Assembly (NCBI GenBank): GCA_013239625.1
Contig: MU053557.1
Location: 5,052,123 to 5,092,622 of the forward strand
DNA from: Lama guanicoe
Lineage: Eukaryota
DNA length: 40,500 nt
Direction of reading: 5' to 3'
Shown piece after piece: positions 11,820 through 24,054 of the stretch. The translations under genes were made by a program, and so were the position numbers. Each line of letters opens with the position of its first letter. Position 1 is the first letter of the stretch. The notes under the pieces were generated by a model, which did not search any database, had not been told where the DNA came from, and worked only from the letters and a program-made list of their open reading frames with translations.

Positions 11820-12185
11820 TGTTCCAGCCACGCAAGACCTTCTGTCTCTGCTCTACATGCTTTCCCGTCTCCAGGCCTTTTCATCATCTGCTTCCTCTGC
11901 TGGGGATACTTGCTCGCTCTTCACTGGGGTCACCACTGCACATCCTTCATGTCTCAGCTTAACTCATTTTTGTCAGGAAGGCTTCCACTTTGTCTGAGCA
12001 GGAGCCCCTGACCTGCCCACCTGAGGCACCCAGCACTGCCCGGTGAGCTCCTCAGTCTTCCCAGTAGGACCCATTCAGTCTTTGCCACCAGGCTGTGAGC
12101 TCCAGGGCGGTGGGAGTTGTGTCTCCTCGTCCCCTGTAATCCAGCTCTGAGCCCAGTACTCAGCACGGGGACTGCAGAATGATTT
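11820..12185 (+). mobile_element. L2 fragment
   Basis: ccaggccttttcatcatctgcttcctctgc..catccttcatgtctcagctt..ggctgtgagctccagggc. Confidence 0.65.
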
Positions 12186-12845
12186 TTCCCAGGACCTCCC
12201 AGCCTGAGGACTGTGCCTGCTCCCTGGTGTTGGGTGCCAGACATGTCCTCACAGCCGTGTACTCCCCTTGCTTTCTGGAATAAACACTCAGAACCCAGCC
12301 AGTGACCTTAAAGCTGGACGTTCCTTTGTTTACACCCTTGGTGTCCACTGTACTCTCGGGGACTTATCTTTATAAAATCCTCTGAAAATGCTCAAGACTA
12401 TGACTGACCCCACACCTACTTTTTCGACAGAATACTTGGACATAGTTTATAGGCAGATTAGAGCCAAAACTTGGGCACCCCCCACCCCCACCCCAAAGGA
12501 GCAATGAAGGTCAAACAACTCATTGGGGCCAACTTAGCCCGAAATAATATAATCCCATGAAGGCATCCAACAACAGTGTGGGCAGTGACAGTGGAAGAGG
12601 CAATAGTCACAAAGCATCAGGGGGTCCAAAACTGTCATGAATACCTTTTGCTATAGCAATTCCATCTTGAGGAAATCATTTTGATAAAATAATGCATGGA
12701 AACAAAGAGGAATTTATGAGGCTGTTTACTGTAGCATTGCTCATCAGAGTGGAAAAAATGGAAATCATCCAGATATCCAACAACAGGAGACTAGTTAAAA
12801 GTGGAAATTCAGACAATACCCTGCCACATTACAAATGCTGTTGGG

Positions 12846-13017
12846 GCGGGGAGGGTGTAGCTCAGTGGTAGAGTACATGCTTAGCATGTACAAGGTCCTG
12901 GGCTCAATCCCCAGTACCTCCATTAAACAAATAAATAAATAAACCTAAGTACCTACCCTCTCCTCCTAAAAGAAAGAAAGAAATTTAAAAATTAAAAAAC
13001 AACAGCAGCAAAAAAGA
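12846..13017 (+). mobile_element. Camelid tRNA-derived SINE (long form) with TSD
   Basis: gagggtgtagctcagtggtagag (A box)..ggtcctgggctcaatcccc (B box)..aaataaataaacc..A-rich tail; TSD acaaatg(c/a)tgttggg 12831-12845 / 13018-13032. Confidence 0.92.
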
Positions 13018-13065
13018 ACAAATGATGTTGGGCAAACTGACATGAAAGTGTATCCATGACACATT

Positions 13066-13590
13066 GTGTGTGTGTTAGGACCTGTTGAGTGACAAGTGAC
13101 AGAAATCCATCTCAAAATGGAAGAAGTACAGGTTGGATTTGTTGGCCCATGGAATCCAAAGGTGAGTTGAACATTCAAGATTTGGGAAGGGCAGCAGTGT
13201 GGCCAGATCCTAAGAACCAGAATCCAGACTCAGTTCCAGGACTCCCTCTCCATCTGCCATGTTTGCCTCTCCCTGTGTGCCAGACTCACTTTCTCACTGC
13301 AAACCAGATAGTGAGGAACAAGGTAACACAGGAAATAGTCTACCTGAAGCTGTCCCCTAGCCTTAAATCCAGAAATCCCAAGCAAGGAATATATTGACCA
13401 CCTTAGGTCAAGTGCCCAAATCAGAACCAGTCAGCTGTGGGCAGGGCATTCAGGCACTGTGACTGGCCCTGCTGGGTCAAGACCTGCTTTTGGACCCATC
13501 CCCTAAGACCTGGGGAGGGGTGTCTTTGACTTCACATGGATGTTCCTGAATTAAACAGAGAGGAACATCATTTCCCAGGAAATGGAACTG
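13066..13590 (-). mobile_element. ERVL-MaLR solo LTR (MLT1-type)
   Basis: tgtgtgttaggac..gacaagtgacagaaatccatctcaaa..cttaggtcaagtgccc..tgactggccc. Confidence 0.7.
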
Positions 13591-13810
13591 GGCCTATAAT
13601 CTTAATTATCCTCTACCTATCAATGAGGAAGATGGGTAACAAAATATTAAGCACAGTGAGGTCCCATTTCTGCAAAAACATAGCAGTGTAAGGGTGAAGC
13701 CATGGGGGAAAAATGTCTGAAAAATTATTCTAAAATGTTAAAAGTGATTTTCTTGCAGTTATGCTCTGTTTTCTACAATGGACACCAATTACTTGTGAGA
13801 TTAAAACAAA

Positions 13811-13896
13811 TTTTTGTTAATAGAGGTAATGGTGATTGAATCCAGGACCTTGTGGATGCTAGACATGCACTCTACCACTGAGTTATACCCTCCCCC
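13811..13896 (-). mobile_element. Camelid tRNA-derived SINE (short form) with TSD
   Basis: gattgaatccaggacct..catgcactctaccactgagttataccctcccc; TSD tgagattaaaa 13796-13806 / 13897-13907. Confidence 0.9.
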
Positions 13897-14059
13897 TGAG
13901 ATTAAAAAATTTTAAGAGAGAAAAGCTATGTTGATACTGTGAGTATTCAGGACCTCAACTCAAGACACTGTCACTCATGGCTCTCTCCTTCAGCAAGTCC
14001 ATGGTGTATTTGAAACACAAAAAATTCTGTGAGCTGCAGACCTCATTCATATCTCTAGT

Positions 14060-14460
14060 TATCCATCCATCCAACAAATGGATATTTACAGGGGCCCATA
14101 AGTGCCAGGTAGCAATATGTGCTAGAGGTGTAGTAATGACTAAGGGCCAGGCCCTGCCCGCAAGGAGCTCACAGTCTGGCAGAAGAAACAGCAGAGTACA
14201 TAGCCAGTTATATTATAAGAAGCTCAAAACAGAAGTGTCAGCAGTGTGCTAGGAAAATAGAGACCAAAGAACAACCTGTTCTGTTTAGGGGGCTCCTGAA
14301 AGGTAGTCTGGAGGCATTGGACTTTGAACTGGGCCCTGAAGGTAGAGCCCACAGCAAAGGGCTTATGGGGTGAAGGAAACAGCATCTGCAAATGTGCAGA
14401 GTCCAGCTGCAGGACCTGGAGGTGGCCAGCAGTGGGGGTGCAGCGGGAAGTCTCAGGGAG
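14060..14460 (-). mobile_element. L2 3' region
   Basis: catccatccaacaaatggatatt..gccctgcccgcaaggagctcacagtctgg..ctttgaactgggccctgaagg. Confidence 0.75.
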
Positions 14461-16099
14461 CAGCCAGTGAACTCCATTCACTAGGTGTTTAGTGAGCATC
14501 TATTATAGGTCAAGTTTTTGGCTAAGGACTTGCTGATGAGATAGGAAAGCTATTTGGGATGAGATTCCAGACAACCTTGAATATCATTCTCTCTCTTTTC
14601 CAATAAAAAAAATTGAGGTCAAAATGTGGGCTTATCACTTTTCCCCCAGGAGAGACAAAGATCTTCCCCACCCAGGGGGCCTTTCAAGTATCTTCAGCTC
14701 CTGCATCTCCACATTAGGGGAGGAACTGGGTGTGTGTTGGGGTAGAGGAGGGTCCCAACACCCTGGATCCTGAGTTTGTAATTCCACACAAGTGCCAAGG
14801 ATATTGGGAAACAAGATGTTTGGGGAACTATCCCAGGGATTGCGATCAGAGTCAATCTATGCTCGGAAGGTCCTAGCTGGGCTTTGCAGTGAAAACCCAG
14901 AACCACTGGCATTGCCCTCCCAGCTCCCAGTCTCTGGAGGGGCTCTGGGGAGGGGGGATCACTATCTCTGAAGTGTCTTTCATGCACTAAGCCGAATGAC
15001 CTTGGCCTGAATCACTGAGGGTTATGTAAGATTAGGTAGCCACTTAGTCAAAAATAGCTCTCATGCTGACTCCAGCTCACAGAACAGCATCCAAGTGAAG
15101 GGGGCACAGATGGGCCAGGGCCCGGCATGCATGGGGAAATTCCCTCCCTGGTCCTCACTACTGGAAAATCTTTTGGGAGTGTGAGATGGGACTTCAGAAC
15201 TGCTGACAGGTGATGGCACACGCTTGTCTGTTTGGCAGCAGAAATGTGGCTGTTTTGCTGAAGCACAGACACCAGGGGACCATAAAGACAGAAATCCAGT
15301 GCAAACATTAAAATAAAAGTGAGTAAGAGCGGGCAGGGCGCAGAGAGAGCGCTGGGCCAGGAGCCCTCAGGTCTGCTACCACCATTAGCACTCTAGAGCG
15401 GCTCTTTCATTTACTCGTTTGGCAAATACTTACCTGCCGCCATGTGCCAGAGGCTATGCTCGCCTTGGAGGCATGAAAGGCGGTGATGGATGCTGTTCTT
15501 ATGGAATTTCAGCTTGTGGAAGCTGTCTTGTACCCCATCCTAATAATAACTACCCTTTTCTGGTATCTTCCCTGTGCCAGGCACTTTACAAGACATTGGC
15601 ATTCACAGTGAACAAGCCAGACACAGTCCCATGCCACATCCTCTAGGCTTACAGACTAGAGAAAAAAACAGACAAATAACAGATGAAAACCAGAAATCGA
15701 CAAGTTATCTGTATAACAAAGATTCCAATAAAGATTTGCTAAGGGCCCCTTAGGGTCCAAGAGGAAGACCTGTCTGTTGAATGAGACTGTTCCTATCTTG
15801 TTCAGGACTTCTGCCTTGTGAAGGAGCATGTTAAGGCCCCCATACTGTCCCTCTGGAAGTGACACTGGGGAAAAGTCATTGGTACCCTGTGTGAGTGTTG
15901 GTCTGATATTTTGGGAGGACAGTTTGACAACTTTCATCAGAGCTTTAAAAAGATGGCCAATATTAAGGGGTTATTAAAACAAATTGTTATATATCCATAA
16001 AGTGCCATAAATGATTAAGTAGCCCTCTATACCACTGACATGCACAGAGTTCCAAAGGTTAAGTTAAAATTTTTGATTCAAAAAGTAGTGTGTAGAGTA

Positions 16100-16760
16100 A
16101 TTAGAACATTTGTGTACTGTTGATGGAAACGTAAAATGGTAACAGCCACTATGGAAAACAGTATGGCAGTTCCTTAAACAATTAAAAACAAAACTACATA
16201 TGATCCAGCAATCTCACTTCTGGGTATATACCCAAAAGAATGAAAAACAAGGTCTCCAAGAGATGTGTGTACACCCAGGTTCATAGCAGCATTATTCACA
16301 GTAGATAAAACACGGAAGTAACCCAAATGTCCATTGACAGATAAATGGATAAGCAAAATGCGGTACATGCACACAATAAGATATTATACAGGCTTAAAAA
16401 GGAAAAAAATTCTGCCATATGCTACACATGGATGAACCTTGACATTATACTAAATGACATAAGCCAGTTGCGAAATACTGTGTTTTTCCATTTATATGGG
16501 TCACTTAGAGTAGTCAAAGCCATAAAGATGGAAAGCAGAACGGTGACTGCCAGGGGCTACAGGGGAGGGGAAAGTGAGGTGTTATTGTTTTAACGGATAT
16601 AGAGTTTCATTTTTATAAGATGAAAAAGGTCTAGAATGGATGGTGGTGTTGGTGATGGTAGCATGACATGAATATATTTCATGCCACTGAACTGTACACT
16701 TAAAAATGTACAAGGTGAGAAATTTTATGTTATGTGTATTTTGCCACAATAAAAAAATTG
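16100..16760 (+). mobile_element. L1MA/MB-type 3' end
   Basis: cagccactatggaaaacagtatgg, catatgatccagcaat, cccaaatgtccattgacagataaatggata, actgtacacttaaaa..ccacaataaaaaaa. Confidence 0.9.
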
Positions 16761-17530
16761 GAAAGAATTATGTGCAGTAGCACCAAAAAAGAATAAAATA
16801 CTTAGGAATAAGTTTAACAACGAAGATGTAAGGCTTGTATACAGAAACTACAAAACATTGCTGAAAGAAATTAAAGAAGATTTAAATAAATGGGCATCTG
16901 TGTTTGTGTCTTGAAGACACAGTATTGTTAAGATGACATTACTGCCCAAACCAATCTACAGATTCAATGCCATCCCTAAAAAAAAAAAAAAAAAAAAAAA
17001 AATCCCCACATCCCACTCCATTCCATGTTTCAGAAGTGGAAAAGCTGATTCTGAACTTCAGATGGAATTGCAGGGAACCACAATAGCCAAAACAATCTTA
17101 AAAAAGAAAAACAAAATGTGAAGACTCACACTTCTTGATTTTCAAACTTACTACAAAGCTACAATAACCAAAATAATGTGGTATTGGCATAAAGATTGTC
17201 TTACCAATAGATCCATGGAATAGAATTGAGAGTTCAGAAATAAACCTGTACATCTTTGGTCAACTGGTTTTCAACAAGGTTGCTAAGGCCATTCAATAGG
17301 GGAAAGAATAATCTCTTCCGTAAACGATGCTGGGACAACTGCATATCCACAGCAAAGAGTGAAGCTGGGCTCTTACCTCACACCATATACAAAAATCAAC
17401 ATGGAAAAAAGATCAAATGTAAGAGCTAAAACTATGAAAACTCTTAGAAAAAAACATGGGGCTAAGTCTTCATGACCTTGAGTGCAAGCAACAAAAGAAA
17501 CAATAAATTGGACTTCATCAAAATTTAAAA

Positions 17531-17820
17531 CCTATTTATTGAAATATAACTGACATATATTAGTTTCAGCTGTACAACATAATGATTTGATATTTGTAAA
17601 TATTGTGAAGTAATCACCACAATAAGTCTAGTTAACATTCGATACCATACATAGTTACAGTTTCTTTTTTTCATGGTGACAACTTTTAAGATCTACCCTC
17701 ATAGCAACTTCCAAATATGCAATACAGTATTAGCAACTATAGTCACCATGCTGTGCATTACATCCCCATGACTTATTTTTTTAAACTGGAAGTTTGTACC
17801 TTTCTATACTTTTCACCCAT
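17531..17820 (-). mobile_element. L1 3' end (L1MA9/laurasiatherian type) nested in the L1MB
   Basis: tttattgaaatataactgacata..tgtacaacataatgatttgata..actatagtcaccatgctgt..actggaagtttgtacc; flanked by aaaatttaaaa / aaaattaaaaa. Confidence 0.85.
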
Positions 17821-18003
17821 AAAATTAAAAACTTTTCTGTATCAAAACATACTACCAAAAAATGAAAACAAATCTACAGAATGAAAGAAAATACTTACAA
17901 TTTATATATCTGATAAGGGTCTTGTATCCAAAATATGTAAAGAAATTGTACAACTAAGCAACAAAAAGACCACCCAATTCTTTAAATGGGCGAAGGCCTT
18001 GAA

Positions 18004-18040
18004 TAAGAGTCTCATGCTCTACCAACTGAGCTAGCCGGGC
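18004..18040 (-). pseudogene. 5'-half tRNA-Lys(CTT) tail-less retropseudogene
   Basis: Reverse complement GCCCGGCTAGCTCAGTTGGTAGAGCATGAGACTCTTA equals nt 1-37 of mammalian tRNA-Lys-CTT as recalled, with one C>T at a CpG; ends just after the anticodon; TSD gc(g/a)aaggccttgaata 17990-18005 / 18045-18060. Confidence 0.93.
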
Positions 18041-19072
18041 ACATGCAAAGGCCTTGAATAGCTATTTCTTCAAAGAATATATATGAATGGTCCAAGCACA
18101 GGAAAAGATGCTCAAGATCATTAGTCATTAGGGAAATGTAAACCAAAACCTCAATGAGAGACCACTTCATATCCACTTGGATAACTGTAATTTTAAAAGA
18201 AGTGGACAATAGCAAGTGTTGACAAGGATGTGGAGAAACTGGAACTCTCATACATCACTGAAAGGAATGTAAAATGGTGCTGCCAGTGTAGAAAACAGTT
18301 TCTTGTTTCCTCAATAAGTTAAACACATAATGACCATTTAATCCAGCACTTTCACTTCCAAATACATATCCCAAAGAACTGAATATAGATATTCAATCAA
18401 AAACTTATACACACATGTTCAAGGCAACACTATTCACAATAGCTGAAAGGTGGAAATATCCCGAAGTCCCTCAAATGATGTATGGATAAGCAAAATACGG
18501 CATACCCACACAATGGAATATTAGCTGCTATGAAAACTAATGAAGTACTGATAAATGGATGAACCTTGAAAACATTATGCTAAGTGAAAGAAGCCAAACA
18601 CAACAGGCCACCTAGTATATGATTCAGTTTGTGTAAAACACTCAGAATGAGCACGTCCATAGAGACAGAAGGCAGGTTAGTGGTTACCGGGGCTGAGAGA
18701 GGGGAATAGGGAGTGGTTCCTTAATGGTTACAAGGTTTCCTCTTGAGATGATGAAAAATTTCTGGAACTAGAGAGTGGTGATGGTTGTACAATATTGTAA
18801 AATGTACTAAACACCCCTGAATGGTACACTTTAAAATGGCTAAAATGATGAAAAAAATTTTATGTATTCCAGAAAAATAACTGGAAGGACAGATGCTAAA
18901 ATGTTAACAGAGATTATTTCTGGGTAATGGTGGGAGTGATTTTTTACTCTCTCTTTTTTTTTTTTTCTTTTTGGGCTTCCTGATCATTTTACAAGTAAGC
19001 ATGGTTTGCATTAAAAATCAGAGTGAATCAAGCTACAATGAGCTGTTTTCATTTTAGAAAGCAAGAAGGAAA

Positions 19073-19189
19073 GGGGAGAGGGTATAGCTCAGGGTATAGT
19101 GTGTGCTTAGCAGGCAGAAGGTCCTGGGTTTAATCCCCAGTACTGCCATTAAATAAATAAGCTTAATTACCCACCCCTCACCCCAAATG
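19073..19189 (+). mobile_element. Camelid tRNA-derived SINE with TSD
   Basis: ggggagagggtatagctcag..ggtcctgggtttaatccccagtactgcc; TSD ttagaaa(g/t)caagaaggaaagg 19054-19074 / 19190-19210. Confidence 0.9.
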
Positions 19190-19367
19190 TTAGAAATCAA
19201 GAAGGAAAGGAAGAAATGAAGGGGGCAGGCAGAGAGAGGAGGGAAGGAAGGAAGAGAGCCCTTGAACCACCCCCTCCTTGTCTCTCCCATCAACTTGGGG
19301 GTGTGGACCTTGCTAGAGTGGCTAAGAGTTTTGAGGGTTTCTGGTTAGCCATTAAGAAGGACAATTT

Positions 19368-19402
19368 GTTTTCATATTTACTTCAATAAAAAAAAAAAGA
19401 AA
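19368..19402 (+). mobile_element. Micro L1 insertion (inverted 11 nt + terminal 10 nt + poly(A))
   Basis: TSD aaggacaattt 19357-19367 / 19403-19413; tacttcaata = L1 terminus (cf. 30546-30555); gttttcatatt = reverse complement of L1 3'UTR aatatgaaaac (cf. 37919-37929). Confidence 0.7.
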
Positions 19403-21324
19403 AAGGACAATTTAGGTTGTTAATAGGGGTGTGTCACAGCTGACAGAATTCTTTGCGTGTCTTATGGAAAGATCCCCAAGATACATTATGTAAAAAGCAA
19501 GGTTCAGAACATAGAGCCTTGATTAGAGGAAACACACGCACACACACATACACACATAATTACTAAAGCAAAAATACACATACATTTGTAAATGCAAAGA
19601 TACTCTTGGCCAAAATTAATTTTTAAAAATAGCAAAAATGGTTTTCCCCAGGGAGGGGAACTGGGCGTCAGGGGAACAGGAGAGGGAGGAAGGAGGCTGA
19701 CTTTTCACCGTATACAACCATTTCTGTGCCTTTTGAATGTGGTAGCCTGTACTTTCAAAGTTACATACTTTTTACCTGAGTACTTGCTTTATGTCATAAA
19801 AACAAAGTTTCTGAAACATAAGATAAAAAAAATTTAGGTTAAAAAAACTTTTTGTTTGTTTCTGCTCTATTTTGTATTTGCTAAAGAAGCAGCAGACATT
19901 ACTTAACATAAATAAGGCTGGTATTTTTAAAAACATTCAAACAGCACAGAAATATTTAAAGTATACACTGAACACTCCTGGCTTACTTTCAAAGGGAAAA
20001 TATGTTTATAATGAAATGTACTTTAAAATAAAGACATCAGAGAAAAGGTCATTGTTTTTTTTTAACTTGTTTCTTTTTTTCTTAATTTTCTGTAATGACA
20101 TCTGTTATTTTATGTTAGAATAGTTTTCCAACATAAAGCCAGTGGTTTTAGGCCACTGATGAAGCCTTGCTGGCCTGACCTTGACCTCCAAGCAGCCCCG
20201 GACCCTTCCCTCTGGCCCTGCTCTCTGTAGCCTCCTTGGCGCAGACCCTGGCTCTGCCTCTCCCGCTGCCCTCAGATGGCCTGCCCTGCCTGCCAAACCA
20301 TTCACCCAGTCCCCACCATAAGTCTTCTTAACCCTCAGGACTCTGGTGGAATCAGGGCACAGCAGAGGGCAAGGTGCTTCCAGATCCCTCTCTAGGACAG
20401 GCATGGGGGCTGTTTTGAAGGGATGTTTGTCCAACAAGCACAGGGTTTTTAGTTTGATAGTGTGTTACAGTCAAATAAAAATAGTTTTCCAAGGAATTTT
20501 TGATACATGCTTTGTGTCAGGTTGAGCAAGAACTGCCTATTTTAAAGAAGGGGTGTGCAGATGTTGGGGGAGGTGATAGAGATGGAGGAGGAGGCCAGCC
20601 CCGGGACCACTCCTGCTGCCACCCCTCATCCCCTCTCCCGCCATGTGGCTGCAATGGGGGGAACTTGATGTCTGGCTGCTGTCCCCACCCTGCAGAGGGG
20701 AGAGGAAAACAAAGACACCTCCAACCTCCCTGTTGCCAGACATGCCCTTAGAAAACCTCTCTGGACTGTCCCCATGATCTGGGACTAAGGGTTTAGAAGT
20801 TTTCTCCTGAGACTTGTTTTCTGAGCCTTTCCCTATCTTGGCTTCTGATCTGCTGCTCCCTGCACACCTCTGAGGTGATGCCAGGTCAGAATGAAGTGGG
20901 CTGGTCAGAAACTTCCAGCTGCTTCTGGCAGCTGCTCCAGCAAGGTCCTTACGACCCCTGGATAACTCTGCCATTGCCTAAAATCCCTCCATTGGAGAAC
21001 CACCCTCTTGCAGTATCAATTCTAAATTCCTATTTAAAAACAAAGAAGTTCATTTTCTCCCTTGTATTAGAAAAATATGCAATTGTATAAAGTAGGGGAA
21101 AAAAGTAGACCCTCCCACCTCTGTGCCCACCAAAGTCATAAAACATCCACACACCCAGCACCTAACGAGAACCACTCTAATAGTCTAGTGTATTTCTCTG
21201 ATGTCTTCAAAAATAAATTTCTGAGTCATCATTATTGTTTTGTGTAGTTATAATCATTCCATATATCAGTTTTGATTCTTTTTAATAAAAATCATTTCAA
21301 CAGAAGTATTTTTTCATGTTCCTG

Positions 21325-21515
21325 TAAATCCTGGCTCTGCTGTGCTCTTAGCTATGTAACCTTGGGTGTGTTACTTAAGCTGTCTGTGCCCAGTTTCCCT
21401 ATCTGAAAAATGGGGATAGATACCAGTATTTACCTTACAGGGCTCCTGCCAGAATTCAATGAGATAATGCAGGTAAAATGATTTGCCAACAGCCCAGTGT
21501 AATAAAAGTTAGCAG
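21325..21515 (+). mobile_element. MIR SINE
   Basis: aatcctggctctgc..agctatgtaaccttggg..cagtttccctatctgaaaaatggggata. Confidence 0.85.
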
Positions 21516-21739
21516 TGTGTCTATTGCTAGCATAGACATGGTTGATTTCGTTTTTCAGTTATCATGAATAATGCTACGATAAACACCTTTGTGTCTGGAG
21601 GTTTGTCCATAGAGAGGATTATTTCCTCAGGAGAGATTCCCGAAATGGACTTGCTGAACCAGAGGGTCTAAAGCATTTTAAAGTTCTTGATACAGATTGC
21701 TATTGACACACCTGCCAGGAGAGGTAGAATCCTGGTTTG

Positions 21740-21920
21740 ATTTACTATTTATTTATCTATTCATTTCTATTCTATTGAAATATGATTGACATGTAACATT
21801 GTGTAAGTTTAAGGTGTACAGTGTGATGATTTGATACATGTAACTACTGGGACATGTTGCCACAATAGGTAGTTAACATATCCTTCACCTCAGATAATTA
21901 CTATTTTGTTGTTGTTTTGG
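21740..21920 (-). mobile_element. Short L1 3' end (L1MA9-like) with TSD
   Basis: tattgaaatatgattgacatgtaacattgtgtaagtttaaggtgtacagtgtgatg; atcctggttt repeated at ~21729 and ~21923. Confidence 0.8.
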
Positions 21921-22599
21921 AGATCCTGGTTTTAAGTGTAAATCTTTCTTCTGCTGGTCGGGACATTGAGCCCCCTGCCCCAACCAGCGCACACACAACT
22001 TTAGTGGGTGTGAGTGTGGAGGCTCTCTCTTTGGACAAGCCTGCCTGGGGGTCTGATAAGACATCTTGGCATCAAAGAGGGATGAGTTAGAAAAACGCTA
22101 AGACCCCCAAGATCTCAGTTCACTGTCTCTAAAACAGGGACAAGGATCTTGTCCAAGGTGTAGTAAGGAGAAATTAATAACTAATGATTGGAGCTGACTT
22201 TTGTCCTCTTGGTCATAAAAGACCTTTGAATTGCTTGGCCACTTTTGAGTTTCTCAGGAAAAGTGATAACACTAGGCCAAAGATCGTGCCGGTTGGCCAG
22301 GCTGCCTCCCTCCAGCACCCATGAGGCTGGGGGGAGAAAGGGGTGATCACAGCCCTGTGACTGTCGGGCTGGGTTCACTGGGGGTGGTGTCACCAGGGTC
22401 GGAGACACTTCCCCATTGATCCTCCCACATATCACACCACAGGAAGTATCCCCATGCTTTGTTTATCTACCACTCCCATCCCTGACACAATTGAAGGATG
22501 TAGGTATTGACACACAGTAGAAAGAGGACTTAGAAAGAGGTGAGGCTCAGTCCTGATTTGAGTGACTGATCAAAACCATACTTGTGCCTCCCCCACCAC

Positions 22600-22720
22600 C
22601 ATCCAGCCACCCACCAACTCTTCCCAGAAAGACTGAGTCAGAATCCTCTGTACCTGGGTCTGGGGATCTGCATTTTATCAAGCTCTCCAGAGGATTTTCG
22701 TCATCTAGCAAGTGTATGAA
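22600..22720. mobile_element. MER5-like hAT MITE fragment
   Basis: actgagtcagaatcctctg..ggatctgcattttatcaagctctccagaggatt. Confidence 0.6.
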
Positions 22721-22739
22721 GGAAGCACAGAGATCTACA

Positions 22740-23230
22740 AATCCAAATGATATCTGCTCAAAAATCTTCAGACTTCCCACACTTCAGACTAAAGCCTCAG
22801 CTCTTGAGTGAGCTAGACAGGCCAGACTTCAGTTCTCCTGCCCGGCCCCGTCTCCCGCCTCTCTCCTCACTCAGCTCCCACGGTAGTCATTCCAGGAAGT
22901 CCTGGCACCTGAATATGCTGTGGGCCTTTGGACTAGGCAACATTGCCTTTGCTGTTCTGTTAACTTGGTGAAATCCTTCCCACCATTTAAGGCCCAGCTC
23001 CAGCCCCAGCTCCAGGAGCCTCCCTTCATGCAGCCGCAGCTAGAAATGACTCTCTTTTCTCTAAGCTCCCATAGACTCTCCCCATCTGCACCCTCATATG
23101 GCTTTGGTCACTTTCCATCTCATTTTCTAGGTGTTTGTTGGCCTCATCTCCCCAGATGATCTAGAAGCTCTGTAAAGGCAGCCCGCACATGTGGCCCATC
23201 TCTGTGTCCCCAGAACTCTGTGCAGGACTC
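22740..23230 (+). mobile_element. L2 fragment
   Basis: ctgctcaaaaatcttcagacttccc..ctccaggagcctccc..agaagctctgtaaaggcag..catctctgtgtccccagaac. Confidence 0.65.
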
Positions 23231-24054
23231 CATGTGTCTTAAGGCATTTCCCTGGGACAGCTGGGGGCCCTCCTGGCCTGAGGGACAGTCCCAGCTGCCT
23301 GCATAGCCTCCAGGCTAGTGGGAACCCACCCTCAAAAAGTCACGCTGAGGTGGTAGCTGCAAACTGGTGGCAGTGTCCATTTGGACTTTTTGCCTGATCA
23401 GTGCTGGGCTTCTTTTGCAACCAAGGCTGTGTCCCAGCAATGGGGAGACCCAGAGGGACTCGGGGAAACAGATGGTCTAGGTCTGCGCAGCAGCTCCAGG
23501 CGGGGCTTTGGTCACCCCAGGGTTTTCTCCTCCCTCAGAAACAGTCTCAGAGGCCCTAGTACAGACATTTCAGAGTATCAGGGAGAGAGACAAGTTCCCA
23601 AAGCCAAGCACAGAAGTTTAACCAAAATTGATCCTGTTTGCCTAACTCAAATAGATGTTTATTAGGTCTAGCTGGTTTATAGGAAAAATATTTATCAGGT
23701 CTGCTTGCTTTATATCAAGACTTCTGTTTCTTGGCTGATCTTCTGGGCCTCATATAACTTTGTCTCTTCAATAGATTAGAAAACAAACACTTTAAAGATG
23801 GATTTCATTGTCCTTTAGAGGTTTATCTTTGGAGTTCTGAGTATCCAGTTTGACTGTCTATATGAACTTAATCCTTTGTCATAAGGACAAACTCTATACT
23901 TCTCTGAGCCCTTGGTTAATCCACCATATTGGTTAATGGCTGGAATGCAAACTCAGTGGAGAAGGGTTCCCATACCTGCTTTTCCTAAGGGATGTGATTT
24001 CCAAAGTGAGGCTCTAGATAAATCAAGCCTGAATCTCCTATTCAACCAAATCAT

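Larger units (their letters stand above)
16780..18870 (+). mobile_element. L1MB-type 3' ~2 kb (degraded ORF2 C-terminus plus 3'UTR), host of two nested inserts
   Basis: Translation LPKPIYRFNAIP..IAKTILKKKNK is L1 ORF2; ends gtacactttaaaatggctaaaatg; A25 expansion at 16978-17002. Confidence 0.9.

Noticed and set aside
12846..12920. tRNA gene (A and B boxes present)
   Set aside because: It is the head of a SINE with an A-rich tail and TSD; the same applies at 13811, 19073 and 30909
20105..21090. GC-richer region with 110-145 aa ORFs
   Set aside because: No recognisable domain or convincing splice structure; long ORFs are expected at this GC content
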